A stretch of 64,000 nucleotides of DNA from Myxococcales bacterium (lineage in GTDB: Bacteria; Myxococcota_A; Polyangia; Polyangiales; DASUME01). Of the stretch, positions 32,382 through 43,415 are shown in pieces. Position 1 is the stretch's first letter. Every line of letters begins with the position of its first letter. The stretch lies in contig JASGJH010000001.1 in assembly GCA_047601445.1 (NCBI GenBank), positions 6,368,001 through 6,432,000 of the forward strand, written 5' to 3'. The position numbers and the translations under genes are program-made. The notes under the pieces were generated by a model. It saw only the letters and a program-made list of their open reading frames with translations. It was not told the origin of the DNA and ran no database searches.

Positions 32382-34664
32382 TCAGCCCTTGCGCAGGTCC
32401 TCGACCACCCAGTTGACGTGGCGGCCGGGCACCGGGCCCCGGGCGTGAGCCTTGAGGCACTCGGACTCCAACACGCGCACGTGATCGGTCAGGTTGGTCT
32501 CGAAGCGCGTGCCCTTGATGACCTTGCCCGTGGGCATCACCTGGCGGCCTTCGATGCGCATGCGCTTGAGCACCTCGATGGAGGCCACGCGCAACAGCTC
32601 GTAGCGATGCTCGGCGTGCTCGCTGTCGGTGGCCACCGACACGATGAGCTTGCCGAAGGTGGGGTCCTTGTTGACCAGCTTGTCACCGGCCTCGAAGCCC
32701 GCGTCGAAGCGCACGTCGAGCTCGGCGATGCCGCCATGTCCCTGCGTCTCCAGGGCGCTGACCACCTCGGCCGTGCTCGGCATGTCGATCACGTCGAACA
32801 CGCCGGCGTTGGGCAAGAACAGCCCAAGCTTGCCGTCGCGCGAGTCTTTGATGTTGGCCTTCCAGGACTCGGCGTTGATGCGGAACTCGCGCGCCACGTG
32901 CGTGTTCACCACGTCGTCCTGGGAGAACGGAATGGGCTTGCCGTTGGCGATGGCGATCTGCAGCTGCACCAGGTTCAAAGGCGTGAGCCCACCCTGCGCG
33001 AGGATGCGGTGGGCGGCTTCGGTGACGGGGTGCTCCACCTGGATGCGCGTGTTCATCTCGAGCAAATAGAAGTGCCCATTCTTGAACATCAGCTCGACGG
33101 TGCAGGCGCCCACGTAGCCCACCTCGTCGGCGATGCGCACGGCGAGCTCGCAGATGCGCGTCGCGAGACCCGGGAACGAGCGCATCAGGGCGGGCGGCGC
33201 CTCTTCCTGGATCTTCTGGCTCGCGCGCTGCTCGGTGCAGTCACGCATGCCGAAGTGGCGCGTGTTGCCGTAGCGATCGCGCACGACCTGGACTTCGAGA
33301 TGGACCGTCTCCGGGATGTTCTGCTCGAACATCACGCCGCGATCCCAGCCGTTGGCCGCGATCTCGCCGAGCACCTTCTGCACGGCCTGCGTCACGCCCT
33401 CGGGCGCGGGGATCACCATCTGACCGCGTCCGCCGCCGCCGTTGGCGGCCTTGAGGCGACCGGGATAGCTGAAGCGCTGCTCGGCGTAGCCCTGCTCGAT
33501 GGCCTGGATGATCGCCTCGGGATTGTCGTCGTCGATGACGATGCCCGGCACCACGGCCTGGGGATCGATGGACTGCGCCAACAAGCGGAACTTGCGCTTG
33601 TCGCCCGCGCGCTCGACCACGTCTTGCATGGGGCCCACGAACACGATGCCGGCACGCCGGAAGTGCTCGATCGCCGCGGTGTTTTCGGCCAGCGGACCAT
33701 AGCCGGGGTAGAGCGCGGACTGCGACAGGGCGCGCTCGGCTTCGCTACCGAAGCGCGCGGAGTAGGAAGACAGCACGCGCTCGGCGATTTGCACGGCGTT
33801 GCCGTAGCTCTCGCGGAAGGTGCCCTCGAGCGGGATGGAGAAGCCCTTGTACTGGCTGGCGAGGCGCACCTGGAGGGAGGTGGCGTCGTCGCGCTCGCTG
33901 TAGAGCACCACTGGCGTGAGACCCAGGGCGGCCGCTTCGCGTACCGCGCGCACGCCCATCTCGCCCTTGTCGGCGACGATGAGGTACTTGAGTCCGCCTT
34001 CGCCCACGGTGGTGGCGGGGAAACGCTTGAGATCGTGGGCGGCGAGGTAGATCAGGTCGGCCACGCGCGGGGCGTTGGCAGCGAGCGCGGGGGCCTCGGC
34101 CTTGAGGCGGGCCGCGAGCAGCTTGCCCAGCGCGGGATGGCGCTCGAGGGCGGGCAGGATCTGCAGCCGTTCGCCGTCAAGCAGGCCTTCCGTGGCTTCG
34201 CGCTCGAGCTTACCGGCCAGCTCCACCAGACTCGTCTCGCTCAGCAAGCGCGTCAGCTCGGCCTCGGAGGGCAGGGCTTCGCGGCTCGCTTCGACCTTGC
34301 TTTGCAGCGCGCGGATGCGGGCCGGACCCTCGGCGAGGAGCTTGGTGAGCGGACCCTCCCAGCCGAAATGGCGCAGCCAGGTGGTGCCGTTGTGCAGGAA
34401 GTACCGCAAGGCCACCAAGCGCTGTCCCAGGGCTCCCAGGCAGAGCGAGCGCAGCTCGCTGAGCGTGGGCTGCGTGATACTCGGGCTCGGACCCGCGGCC
34501 AGGACGGCGAGCACTTCGTTGCAGCCCACGTAGTGGTGGCCGGGCGCGACGAGCTCCCGCATGGCCAGGGTAATCGCGGGGTCGATGGCTTGACGATAAG
34601 AGCGGTTATTGGTCACGGCGGGCCACTCTAGCCCACACCCTTGGCAGGTGCAGGCCCGGTCCAA
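32382..34664 (-). CDS. biotin carboxylase-like ATP-grasp protein with long N-terminal extension
   Basis: PGYG, KAANGGGGRG, QKIQEEAP, EMNTRIQVEHPVTE, RINAE; no biotinyl MKM motif; start may be GTG 34616. Confidence 0.85.
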   Translation of the reverse strand: MDRACTCQGCGLEWPAVTNNRSYRQAIDPAITLAMRELVAPGHHYVGCNEVLAVLAAGPSPSITQPTLSELRSLCLGALGQRLVALRYFLHNGTTWLRHFGWEGPLTKLLAEGPARIRALQSKVEASREALPSEAELTRLLSETSLVELAGKLEREATEGLLDGERLQILPALERHPALGKLLAARLKAEAPALAANAPRVADLIYLAAHDLKRFPATTVGEGGLKYLIVADKGEMGVRAVREAAALGLTPVVLYSERDDATSLQVRLASQYKGFSIPLEGTFRESYGNAVQIAERVLSSYSARFGSEAERALSQSALYPGYGPLAENTAAIEHFRRAGIVFVGPMQDVVERAGDKRKFRLLAQSIDPQAVVPGIVIDDDNPEAIIQAIEQGYAEQRFSYPGRLKAANGGGGRGQMVIPAPEGVTQAVQKVLGEIAANGWDRGVMFEQNIPETVHLEVQVVRDRYGNTRHFGMRDCTEQRASQKIQEEAPPALMRSFPGLATRICELAVRIADEVGYVGACTVELMFKNGHFYLLEMNTRIQVEHPVTEAAHRILAQGGLTPLNLVQLQIAIANGKPIPFSQDDVVNTHVAREFRINAESWKANIKDSRDGKLGLFLPNAGVFDVIDMPSTAEVVSALETQGHGGIAELDVRFDAGFEAGDKLVNKDPTFGKLIVSVATDSEHAEHRYELLRVASIEVLKRMRIEGRQVMPTGKVIKGTRFETNLTDHVRVLESECLKAHARGPVPGRHVNWVVEDLRKG

Positions 34665-34717
34665 GGCTTAAAACAAAGGCCGTTGGCTCGCTCACCGCTG
34701 GATTCTACGCAGGCCGC

Positions 34718-35695
34718 TCAACGGAAGTAATTGCGCGGATCCTGGTAGCCCGGCACCTGGAAGCTCATGTTGCTCGGGTCACGAAAACCGGGGATCGGCG
34801 AGGGCGCGGGGCCTGGGCCGGGCGGCGGCATGGGGTTGGGCAGGTGCCGGTCGTGGGCTGCGCGGGCACCGGCGGGGTACGGGTAGAACCCAGAGCCGTA
34901 GCCGTAGTAGGGACCGTAATAGGCCGCCAGACCGTCATGGTTGTAAGAGCTGCTCTTGCTGGCGGCGCGGTCCTCGCGCTCGCGCTCGAGGTAGGCCTGC
35001 TGGGAGCGCTTGCTGGCGAGCTCGGCGCGCTTGGCGTCGAGGTCCACCTGGGCCTGCTCTCGCTGGAGTTGTGCGATGCGGGTCTCGGCCTCCAGGCGCT
35101 GCACCGCCAGGTACTGCTCCTGCGTGAGCCAGCGGCCCTCGTGCTTGATCAGGCCCTGGGCGCGCATCTGCTCGTCGCGCGTGACCCAGCCCGCCTCGGT
35201 GCGCACGTAGCCCAGGCGCGCGCGGGCCTCCGTGTTGTCCGGGGCCAGCGCGATCACGCGCCGCAGCATGTCTTCCTCGCGGGCCTTCATATTGCGGTCG
35301 CGGCAGTAGTCGGCCAAAAGCAGCAGTCCCTGCACGTCGGTGGGAGCCAGCGCCTTGAGCCGCGCCTCCACGTACTCCACCTCGCTCTGCGCCTTCTCGA
35401 TGCGCTGCACCGAGCCCGCGCTCACCGTGATGTAGCCCGCCTCCATTTCGACGATGACCTTCTCGCCGACCCGGGTGGCTTTGCCTTCGATCATGGAGCC
35501 GCTGCTGAGGAAGACGCGGTCTGCTCTCACTTGCGCGGGCGTGCCGAGCACGCCGAGCGAGGCCGCTCCTGCCATGGCCGCTGCGATCAAGACGGTACGC
35601 AATCCTCGCACGATGCCACTACTCCTGCTCCTCGAAGCTGACACGAACAGGCGTTTGATGTCGAGCGCGCTTGGGCCGCGATCGAACGCACGCAT
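34718..35695 (-). CDS. secreted hypothetical protein with TPR-like helix pair and coiled coil
   Basis: Signal-like segment ending VRA-DRVFL..G..IEG, LADYC...ARARLGY, Pro-rich tail; start uncertain. Confidence 0.6.
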   Translation of the reverse strand: MRAFDRGPSALDIKRLFVSASRSRSSGIVRGLRTVLIAAAMAGAASLGVLGTPAQVRADRVFLSSGSMIEGKATRVGEKVIVEMEAGYITVSAGSVQRIEKAQSEVEYVEARLKALAPTDVQGLLLLADYCRDRNMKAREEDMLRRVIALAPDNTEARARLGYVRTEAGWVTRDEQMRAQGLIKHEGRWLTQEQYLAVQRLEAETRIAQLQREQAQVDLDAKRAELASKRSQQAYLEREREDRAASKSSSYNHDGLAAYYGPYYGYGSGFYPYPAGARAAHDRHLPNPMPPPGPGPAPSPIPGFRDPSNMSFQVPGYQDPRNYFR

Positions 35696-35772
35696 CGGTG
35701 AGAAAGCTCGATTGCTTCCCGGAAGGCAGCTCGAAAATAATCGTCAGGAGGGCTGGAAAGCCCGTGATTCGT

Positions 35773-35810
35773 GGGACTTCGTGAGCGGAGCAACCCTCGC
35801 GGTCGGGGTG
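35773..35810 (+). repeat. dispersed intergenic repeat, copy 3 (degenerate)
   Basis: GGGACTTCGTGAGCGGAGCAACCCTCGCGGTCGGGGTG. Confidence 0.6.
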
Positions 35811-35949
35811 AAACACAGGTGCGATGCCTGGGAGTGAGCCCTGTGGCGAGCGCGTACCAGCGCGTCATTCTTGCGCCCGACAGCGCGAGCTTTTGCCTGT
35901 GAACTCGGGGGTATGGAATGGAGCTCGCGGGCAGCTGCGTTGCTCGTGG

Positions 35950-36465
35950 ATGCGATCTCACTTCTCGTTTTGGGCGCTGGTCGTGGCGTTGTGTGCGGCG
36001 AGTGTGTTCGCGCCGCAGGCCGCGCGGGCAGACATCGACCTCGAGTTCACCGCCCTGGTCGGAAGCGGCGTGGATACTGGCAACGCGTCCAACAATCCGT
36101 ACGCGCTGCAGCTCGGCGGCGCCGCCGAGCTCATCATTTCGGGCTGGGTATTCGGGGTGCGCGCCACGCGCTCCTTCGGCACCAACTCGGGTGGCTCGGA
36201 CCACGTGAACGACCTCAGGAGTATCGGCGGAGATCTGGGCTACGAGTGGGAGCTCTGGCTGTTGCATATCGGTCCCCGACTCGGGGTGGGGCAGGTGAGT
36301 GAGCACAACGGTGACCTGAAGGCGCCCTACCTCGATCCGGGCCTGGTCGCCGAGATCGAGGTCGGCTGGTTCGTGGTTGGTGCCGATGCACGCTATCGCG
36401 TGGCGATCAAGGACACCGTCGCCAATGGCTTCCTCGTGTACGGCAAGATCGGCCTGCGGTTCTGA
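35950..36465 (+). CDS. small outer-membrane beta-barrel protein
   Basis: Signal peptide ending ARA, alternating beta strands, C-terminal YGKIGLRF. Confidence 0.75.
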   Translation: MRSHFSFWALVVALCAASVFAPQAARADIDLEFTALVGSGVDTGNASNNPYALQLGGAAELIISGWVFGVRATRSFGTNSGGSDHVNDLRSIGGDLGYEWELWLLHIGPRLGVGQVSEHNGDLKAPYLDPGLVAEIEVGWFVVGADARYRVAIKDTVANGFLVYGKIGLRF

Positions 36466-36514
36466 GAGAGACATGGGGTACGGGCACGTTGGGGGAGCGT
36501 GGCCTTCGAGTCCT

Positions 36515-38008
36515 CTAGCGCTCCGATGGCGAGACCCACTTGGCGTACTCCCCCGCTGGCAGGCTCGCTCCCACTTCGGCCTGATTCAACAGCGCGAGTT
36601 CCTCCGGCTTCATGCCTCGGTGTTCCTGCGCGAGGTCGCGAATCGACGTGGCGCTCGCCAGCTTCTCCACCTGCAGGCGGTTGGGGCCGACCTCCAGGAT
36701 CGACTCGTCAGTCACCGGGGCGAAGCTTGCGAACGAGTGCAGGAAGGTGTCCTGGTACTGCGCGAAGCGCGAGGCGTCCGAGAGTCCGAGCATCATGAAG
36801 GTGTGCCCCTGCTGCTCCACGAAGAAGGCGATGCCCCCGATCTGTCCCGCCTCGGTGGTGGCCTCGAAGCTGGCTGCCGAGCCCTTGCCCACACGCTTGG
36901 GTCCGTCGCGCCGCGTGACACCCGACTCCTTCAGAAAGGACTCGACCGCCTGTTCCGCGGGCATCGCCGGCCCCATGCGCAGTTCGAACGCCGCGTCTCC
37001 TTCCGGGCTCGCCGCGATCACGGCTTGCTTGGTGTTCTCCGCCTTGAAGCCGCTCGGCATGTCTACGCTAAAGGCGAGCCCCGGGTGATAGAAGCGCCCG
37101 TCGCGGAAGAAACCCTCGCGCGGGTTGGGTCCGTACACCATGCCATCGATGGCCTTCATGTAAGGATCCTGGCCCTTCTCCATGGCGTCGAAGTTCTGCC
37201 CCTGCATGCTCGCGATCTTCTTCTCGCCGCGGCGCACGCGCTCCTCGGGCTGCGGATGGCTCTGCAACCAGCCCGGCACCTTGCTGCCCCCGGCTGCCTC
37301 GCTCACGCGGCCCAGCGTCTCGAACACCTTGGGCATCTCGCGTGGGTCGTAGCCGGCACGCACCATGTAGCGAATGCCGAGGTCGTCCGACTGGCGCTCG
37401 TCGTCGCGCCCGAACTTGAGGAACAAGAGCTGCAAGCCTTGCGCGCCGAGGCCGCCGAGCTGCGCCACGCTGCTCGATAGGGCGGCCCCCAGGCCCAGTC
37501 CCATGTTGGCGAGCTGGCTCTTGCTCATCTGGTTCACCGAGTGTTGGGCCGTGACGTGACCGATCTCGTGTCCGAGCACGCTCGCGAGCTGCGCCTCGTT
37601 CTCCATGTGAGCCAACAGGCCGCGCGTGATGAAGATGGGACCTCCCGGCAGCGCGAAGGCGTTCACGCCTGGATCGTCCACTACCTGGAATGACCACGGC
37701 AGATCCTTGCGCTCCGACACCGCCGCCAGCTTTTGGCCCACGCGGTTCACGTAGGCGTTGAGTGCGGCCGCGTCGTAGACACCGATGGACTGCTGGACCT
37801 CCTGAGCGCCCTGTTGTCCGATCGCGATCTCGTCTTTCTTGCTCACGAAGTTGAGCTGGCGCTTGCCCGTGGCTGGGTTGACCACGCAGGCCGCGAGCAG
37901 GAGCATCAGGGCGCAGGTGAGGAGGTGCTCGATGCAAGCCCGAGGGCCCTCGACCCGGCGCGGGTTGGCACGGGCGGACCGGTGCCGGCGCTTGGCAAAG
38001 CTGTCCAC
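36515..38008 (-). CDS. M48 metalloprotease lipoprotein (BepA-like)
   Basis: AC-VVNPATG, NAFALPGG, HEIGH, E..SD.LG, WLQSHP; start uncertain. Confidence 0.9.
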   Translation of the reverse strand: MDSFAKRRHRSARANPRRVEGPRACIEHLLTCALMLLLAACVVNPATGKRQLNFVSKKDEIAIGQQGAQEVQQSIGVYDAAALNAYVNRVGQKLAAVSERKDLPWSFQVVDDPGVNAFALPGGPIFITRGLLAHMENEAQLASVLGHEIGHVTAQHSVNQMSKSQLANMGLGLGAALSSSVAQLGGLGAQGLQLLFLKFGRDDERQSDDLGIRYMVRAGYDPREMPKVFETLGRVSEAAGGSKVPGWLQSHPQPEERVRRGEKKIASMQGQNFDAMEKGQDPYMKAIDGMVYGPNPREGFFRDGRFYHPGLAFSVDMPSGFKAENTKQAVIAASPEGDAAFELRMGPAMPAEQAVESFLKESGVTRRDGPKRVGKGSAASFEATTEAGQIGGIAFFVEQQGHTFMMLGLSDASRFAQYQDTFLHSFASFAPVTDESILEVGPNRLQVEKLASATSIRDLAQEHRGMKPEELALLNQAEVGASLPAGEYAKWVSPSER

Positions 38009-38135
38009 GATAGCTCCCCTTGGTGACAGACCGATCAGAGGTAGGCACGCCGCTGCGAGCAGGCAGCGGGGCGCGCAAACGCAGCGTTCACGCGTGCGAA
38101 AATGCTCGGAAACGTCGCGACGCTACGTGAAGACG

Positions 38136-40673
<2,538 letters not shown>

Positions 40674-40759
40674 GGGGAGAGGGAGAGGGGGAGAGGGAGC
40701 GACCAGGTTTTGCGTCGCCATCGCCGTCAAGGTCAAGGGTAGCGTCAACGTCAACGTCC

Positions 40760-40845
40760 GTTGACAGCGCCAGCGGTTGACAGCGCTAGCGGTTGACAGC
40801 GCTAGCGGTTGACAGCGCCAGCGGTTGACAGCGTCAGCGGTTGAC
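40760..40845 (+). repeat. tandem array of a 16-bp unit (consensus GTTGACAGCGCYAGCG), five copies plus a partial sixth
   Basis: Units begin at 40760, 40776, 40792, 40808 and 40824, then GTTGAC at 40840; no spacers. Confidence 0.95.
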
Positions 40846-40905
40846 GGCGACGGCGACGGCGACGATTGAAGTTCCCCCGGTTCCGTTGACACGCAGGAGA
40901 GACCC

Positions 40906-41244
40906 ATGCGTGTTCAGAAGCAGCAGCGCTACACAGATGAGTTCAAGGCAGAGACGATCGCGCTGATGAAGCGAGACGACCGGACTTTCGCGCAATTGGC
41001 CGCGGATTTGGGGATAAACAAGTGGACCCTGCGGGAGTGGTACAACAGGGACCAGATGGCCAAGAAGAGCAAGCGAAAGCCGGGAGCACCTGTAGCTCCG
41101 GCTCCCTCTCAGGAGACGGCAGAGGAGAAGGCTGCGCGGCTGGAGCGTGAGAACGAGCGGCTGCGCAAGAAGGTCGAAACCCTCGAGATGGACCGCGAAA
41201 TCCTAAAAAAAGCGGCAGCCTTCTTCGCGAAGGAAAGCGAATGA
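40906..41244 (+). CDS. IS3 transposase OrfA (HTH)
   Basis: YTDEFK...A.DLGI..WTL..W, coiled coil, EILKKAAAFFA. Confidence 0.93.
   Translation: MRVQKQQRYTDEFKAETIALMKRDDRTFAQLAADLGINKWTLREWYNRDQMAKKSKRKPGAPVAPAPSQETAEEKAARLERENERLRKKVETLEMDREILKKAAAFFAKESE
41205..41212 (+). other. -1 programmed frameshift site A7G (OrfAB fusion)
   Basis: CCTAAAAAAAGCGG near the end of OrfA, the usual IS3-family slippery position. Confidence 0.8.
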
Positions 41245-42116
41245 GGTTCGCCTTCATCCACGCGGAGAAGGCGAACTTCCCGGTGTCAGCGCTGTGCCGG
41301 AACCTGCAGGTGACCCGGCAGGGGTACTACGCGTTCGCGAGTCGCCCGCCGAGTCCCCGTGCGGACCAGGACCGGGCCCTCTTGGAACGGGTCGGCCAGG
41401 TGCACGCGGAGAGCCGCAACGCCTACGGAAGTCCGCGAGTTCGAAAGGAACTCCGACGTCGTGGCATTCGGGTCGGCAAACGCCGGGTGGAGCGCGCCAT
41501 GCGGAGCTTGGGGCTCTGCGCCCGGCCTCGTCGCCGGTTCCGTGTGACCACCGCTGCAAATCCGCGGCATCCAGTCGAGCCTAACGTGCTCAACCGCGAG
41601 TTCCGCGCCGAACGTCCCAATCAGCGCTGGGTGACGGACATCTCGTACGTCTGGACCGACGAGGGCTGGTGCTACCTCGCTGTCATCATCGACCTGTTTT
41701 CCAGGACCGTCGTGGGCTGGGCGCTGGACGCCATGCTCTCGACCCAGCTGCCCCTCGCAGCGCTGGACATGGCGCTTCGGCGCCGTCGTCCCGACGCAGC
41801 AGGCCTGCTCCACCATTCTGACCGGGGCTGCCAGTACACGAGTCAGGAATACCGCTCTGAGCTCGCCCAGCGTGGGCTCTCGGTCAGCATGAGCCGCAAA
41901 GGCAACTGCTGGGATAACGCGGTCGCCGAGAGCTTCTTTTCAACCATCAAGGCCGAGCTAATTCATGGTCGACGTTGGGCCGGGCGCCTTGAGCTTCGGT
42001 CGGCGGTCTTCGAGTACATCGAGGTCTTCTACAATCGGCGGAGGCTTCATTCGTCACTGGGGTATCGAACCCCAGCCGAGTTCGAGAAGGACTACACTGC
42101 GGCTCAGGCCGCCTAA
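41241..42116 (+). CDS. IS3 transposase OrfB (DDE integrase core)
   Basis: YGSPR, WVTDISY, HHSDRGCQY, GNCWDNAVAESFF, YNRRRLHSSLGY. Confidence 0.95.
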   Translation: MRFAFIHAEKANFPVSALCRNLQVTRQGYYAFASRPPSPRADQDRALLERVGQVHAESRNAYGSPRVRKELRRRGIRVGKRRVERAMRSLGLCARPRRRFRVTTAANPRHPVEPNVLNREFRAERPNQRWVTDISYVWTDEGWCYLAVIIDLFSRTVVGWALDAMLSTQLPLAALDMALRRRRPDAAGLLHHSDRGCQYTSQEYRSELAQRGLSVSMSRKGNCWDNAVAESFFSTIKAELIHGRRWAGRLELRSAVFEYIEVFYNRRRLHSSLGYRTPAEFEKDYTAAQAA

Positions 42117-42172
42117 GCAGGTGTCAACGGATTCGAGGGAAGCTCACGATCCCTCCCCCTCTCCCCCAATCC

Positions 42173-43381
42173 CTACCCCCCTCCCACCACCCCCCCGCCT
42201 GTACACATCTCCGCCAACCACTCCGTCACCGCGCCCAACATCCCCAATCTCGCCCCCGCTCGTCCGAGGCCCTGTGCTTCATGCTCGAGCTCTCGCTCTC
42301 GCATGACGTCTTCCAGGCTGCCCGGACGCTTCTTCTGCACGTCGCCCACCACTTTGCGCACGTCGATGCGGCGTTCGCCCAGGTCGAGGCCTGCGTCTTC
42401 GGCGAGGCTCACGCCGTAGGGACCCCAGTGACAGATGACGTCGTCAGGGCGCATGAAGCACTGCCAGGCATCCCGCAATTGCTCGAGGCTCTGGCCGTCC
42501 TTCACCGCAGCTTCGTCGAGCTTGGCGTGCACCACCGGCGAGCGGGACAAAGGTAACCGTGGCGCCAGCACGACTTCGAGGCGGCTGCCGTCGTGGGGAC
42601 GCACGGCGACCCAATGAATGAGCTCGTGGGGATACAGCGGACGCCCGAGCACGCGATCGTGGGGCCATGCGTTGGACTCGGCCGACACACAGAGCAGGCT
42701 CTCTTCGCGCAACAGCGGCGGCAAGCGCGACGGCGTGTCGGCGCGCTGGCAGCGGTGGACGCGACGGCGTGCGCCACTGGAGCGCGCGGCATAGCCGAGC
42801 TGCATGTCCACCATGGCGCGGAAGGGCACGAGCAGCGACTGAAAGCGGGTAGGGTCGCGTTCCAGGGCACCGAGTGCGAGCGCCATGGCTTCGATGGTGG
42901 ACACGTAGTCCTCCCGCGGTTCGCGCCGAATGCGGTACTCGCTCGGGCGCGTGGGACGGAAGCCATAGCGTGGCATGTCGAGCAGGTCGCGGTTCTTGCG
43001 CAGGAGCGCTCGGGCCTGGTGCCAGGTGCCGTCGATCACCACCAAGGTCACGCGCTCGTTGGGGGGAGCCTGGTCGAGGTCGTGGGCGTCATCGCTCGGG
43101 AACAGCAGGATGGGAGGCGCGTCCGCATCGTGCAGCATGCGCGTGACCGTGCTGTCCCGGGAGAAGTCCACGCCCACGGCCACATGGGAATGGGGCAGGC
43201 ACAGGCTCGCCATGTGGGCAGTGCCCACGGCCTTGTCGCGCTCACGCGGGTGCTGCAGCACGAGCACGCGGTTGTGCGTCTCGAGCGTGGGCAAGTGAGC
43301 GCAGTAGCAGACCACGGCGGGACGCCTGCAACGTGAGCACTCGTTTCTCGGCTCGAACGACACCGCGCCCGCTCTTAGCAT
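42173..43381 (-). CDS. DTW-domain tRNA-uridine aminocarboxypropyltransferase-like protein with C-terminal DEDD-exonuclease-like extension
   Basis: CSRCRRP...CYC, LQHPRE, LLFP, VVIDGTWHQA, YRIRREP, STIEA; extra C-terminal domain of about 175 aa; start uncertain. Confidence 0.85.
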   Translation of the reverse strand: MLRAGAVSFEPRNECSRCRRPAVVCYCAHLPTLETHNRVLVLQHPRERDKAVGTAHMASLCLPHSHVAVGVDFSRDSTVTRMLHDADAPPILLFPSDDAHDLDQAPPNERVTLVVIDGTWHQARALLRKNRDLLDMPRYGFRPTRPSEYRIRREPREDYVSTIEAMALALGALERDPTRFQSLLVPFRAMVDMQLGYAARSSGARRRVHRCQRADTPSRLPPLLREESLLCVSAESNAWPHDRVLGRPLYPHELIHWVAVRPHDGSRLEVVLAPRLPLSRSPVVHAKLDEAAVKDGQSLEQLRDAWQCFMRPDDVICHWGPYGVSLAEDAGLDLGERRIDVRKVVGDVQKKRPGSLEDVMRERELEHEAQGLGRAGARLGMLGAVTEWLAEMCTGGGVVGGG

Positions 43382-43415
43382 GGGCGAGCTAGGATGGAAT
43401 GGAAGGAGTCGCATC

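Larger units (their letters stand above)
40867..42146 (+). mobile_element. IS3-family insertion sequence, 1280 bp
   Basis: TG...CA ends; IRL TGAAGTTCCCCCGGTTCCGTTGACAC vs IRR (reverse complement) TGAGCTTCCCTCGAATCCGTTGACAC, 21/26 identical; 4-bp duplication CGAT at 40863-40866 and 42147-42150. Confidence 0.95.

Noticed and set aside
32328..34631. 767-aa plus-strand ORF and similar long antisense ORFs (170-1792, 38409-40439, 48680-50641, 59840-61294)
   Set aside because: Antisense shadows of well-supported genes, expected in high-GC DNA; no motifs of their own
40760..40845. 16-bp array as a CRISPR array
   Set aside because: Units are contiguous with no unique spacers, are too short, and no cas genes are present
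40760..40900. Array TTGACA boxes as -35 elements driving the IS transposase
   Set aside because: No recognisable -10 hexamer 16-18 bp downstream of the copies nearest the IS
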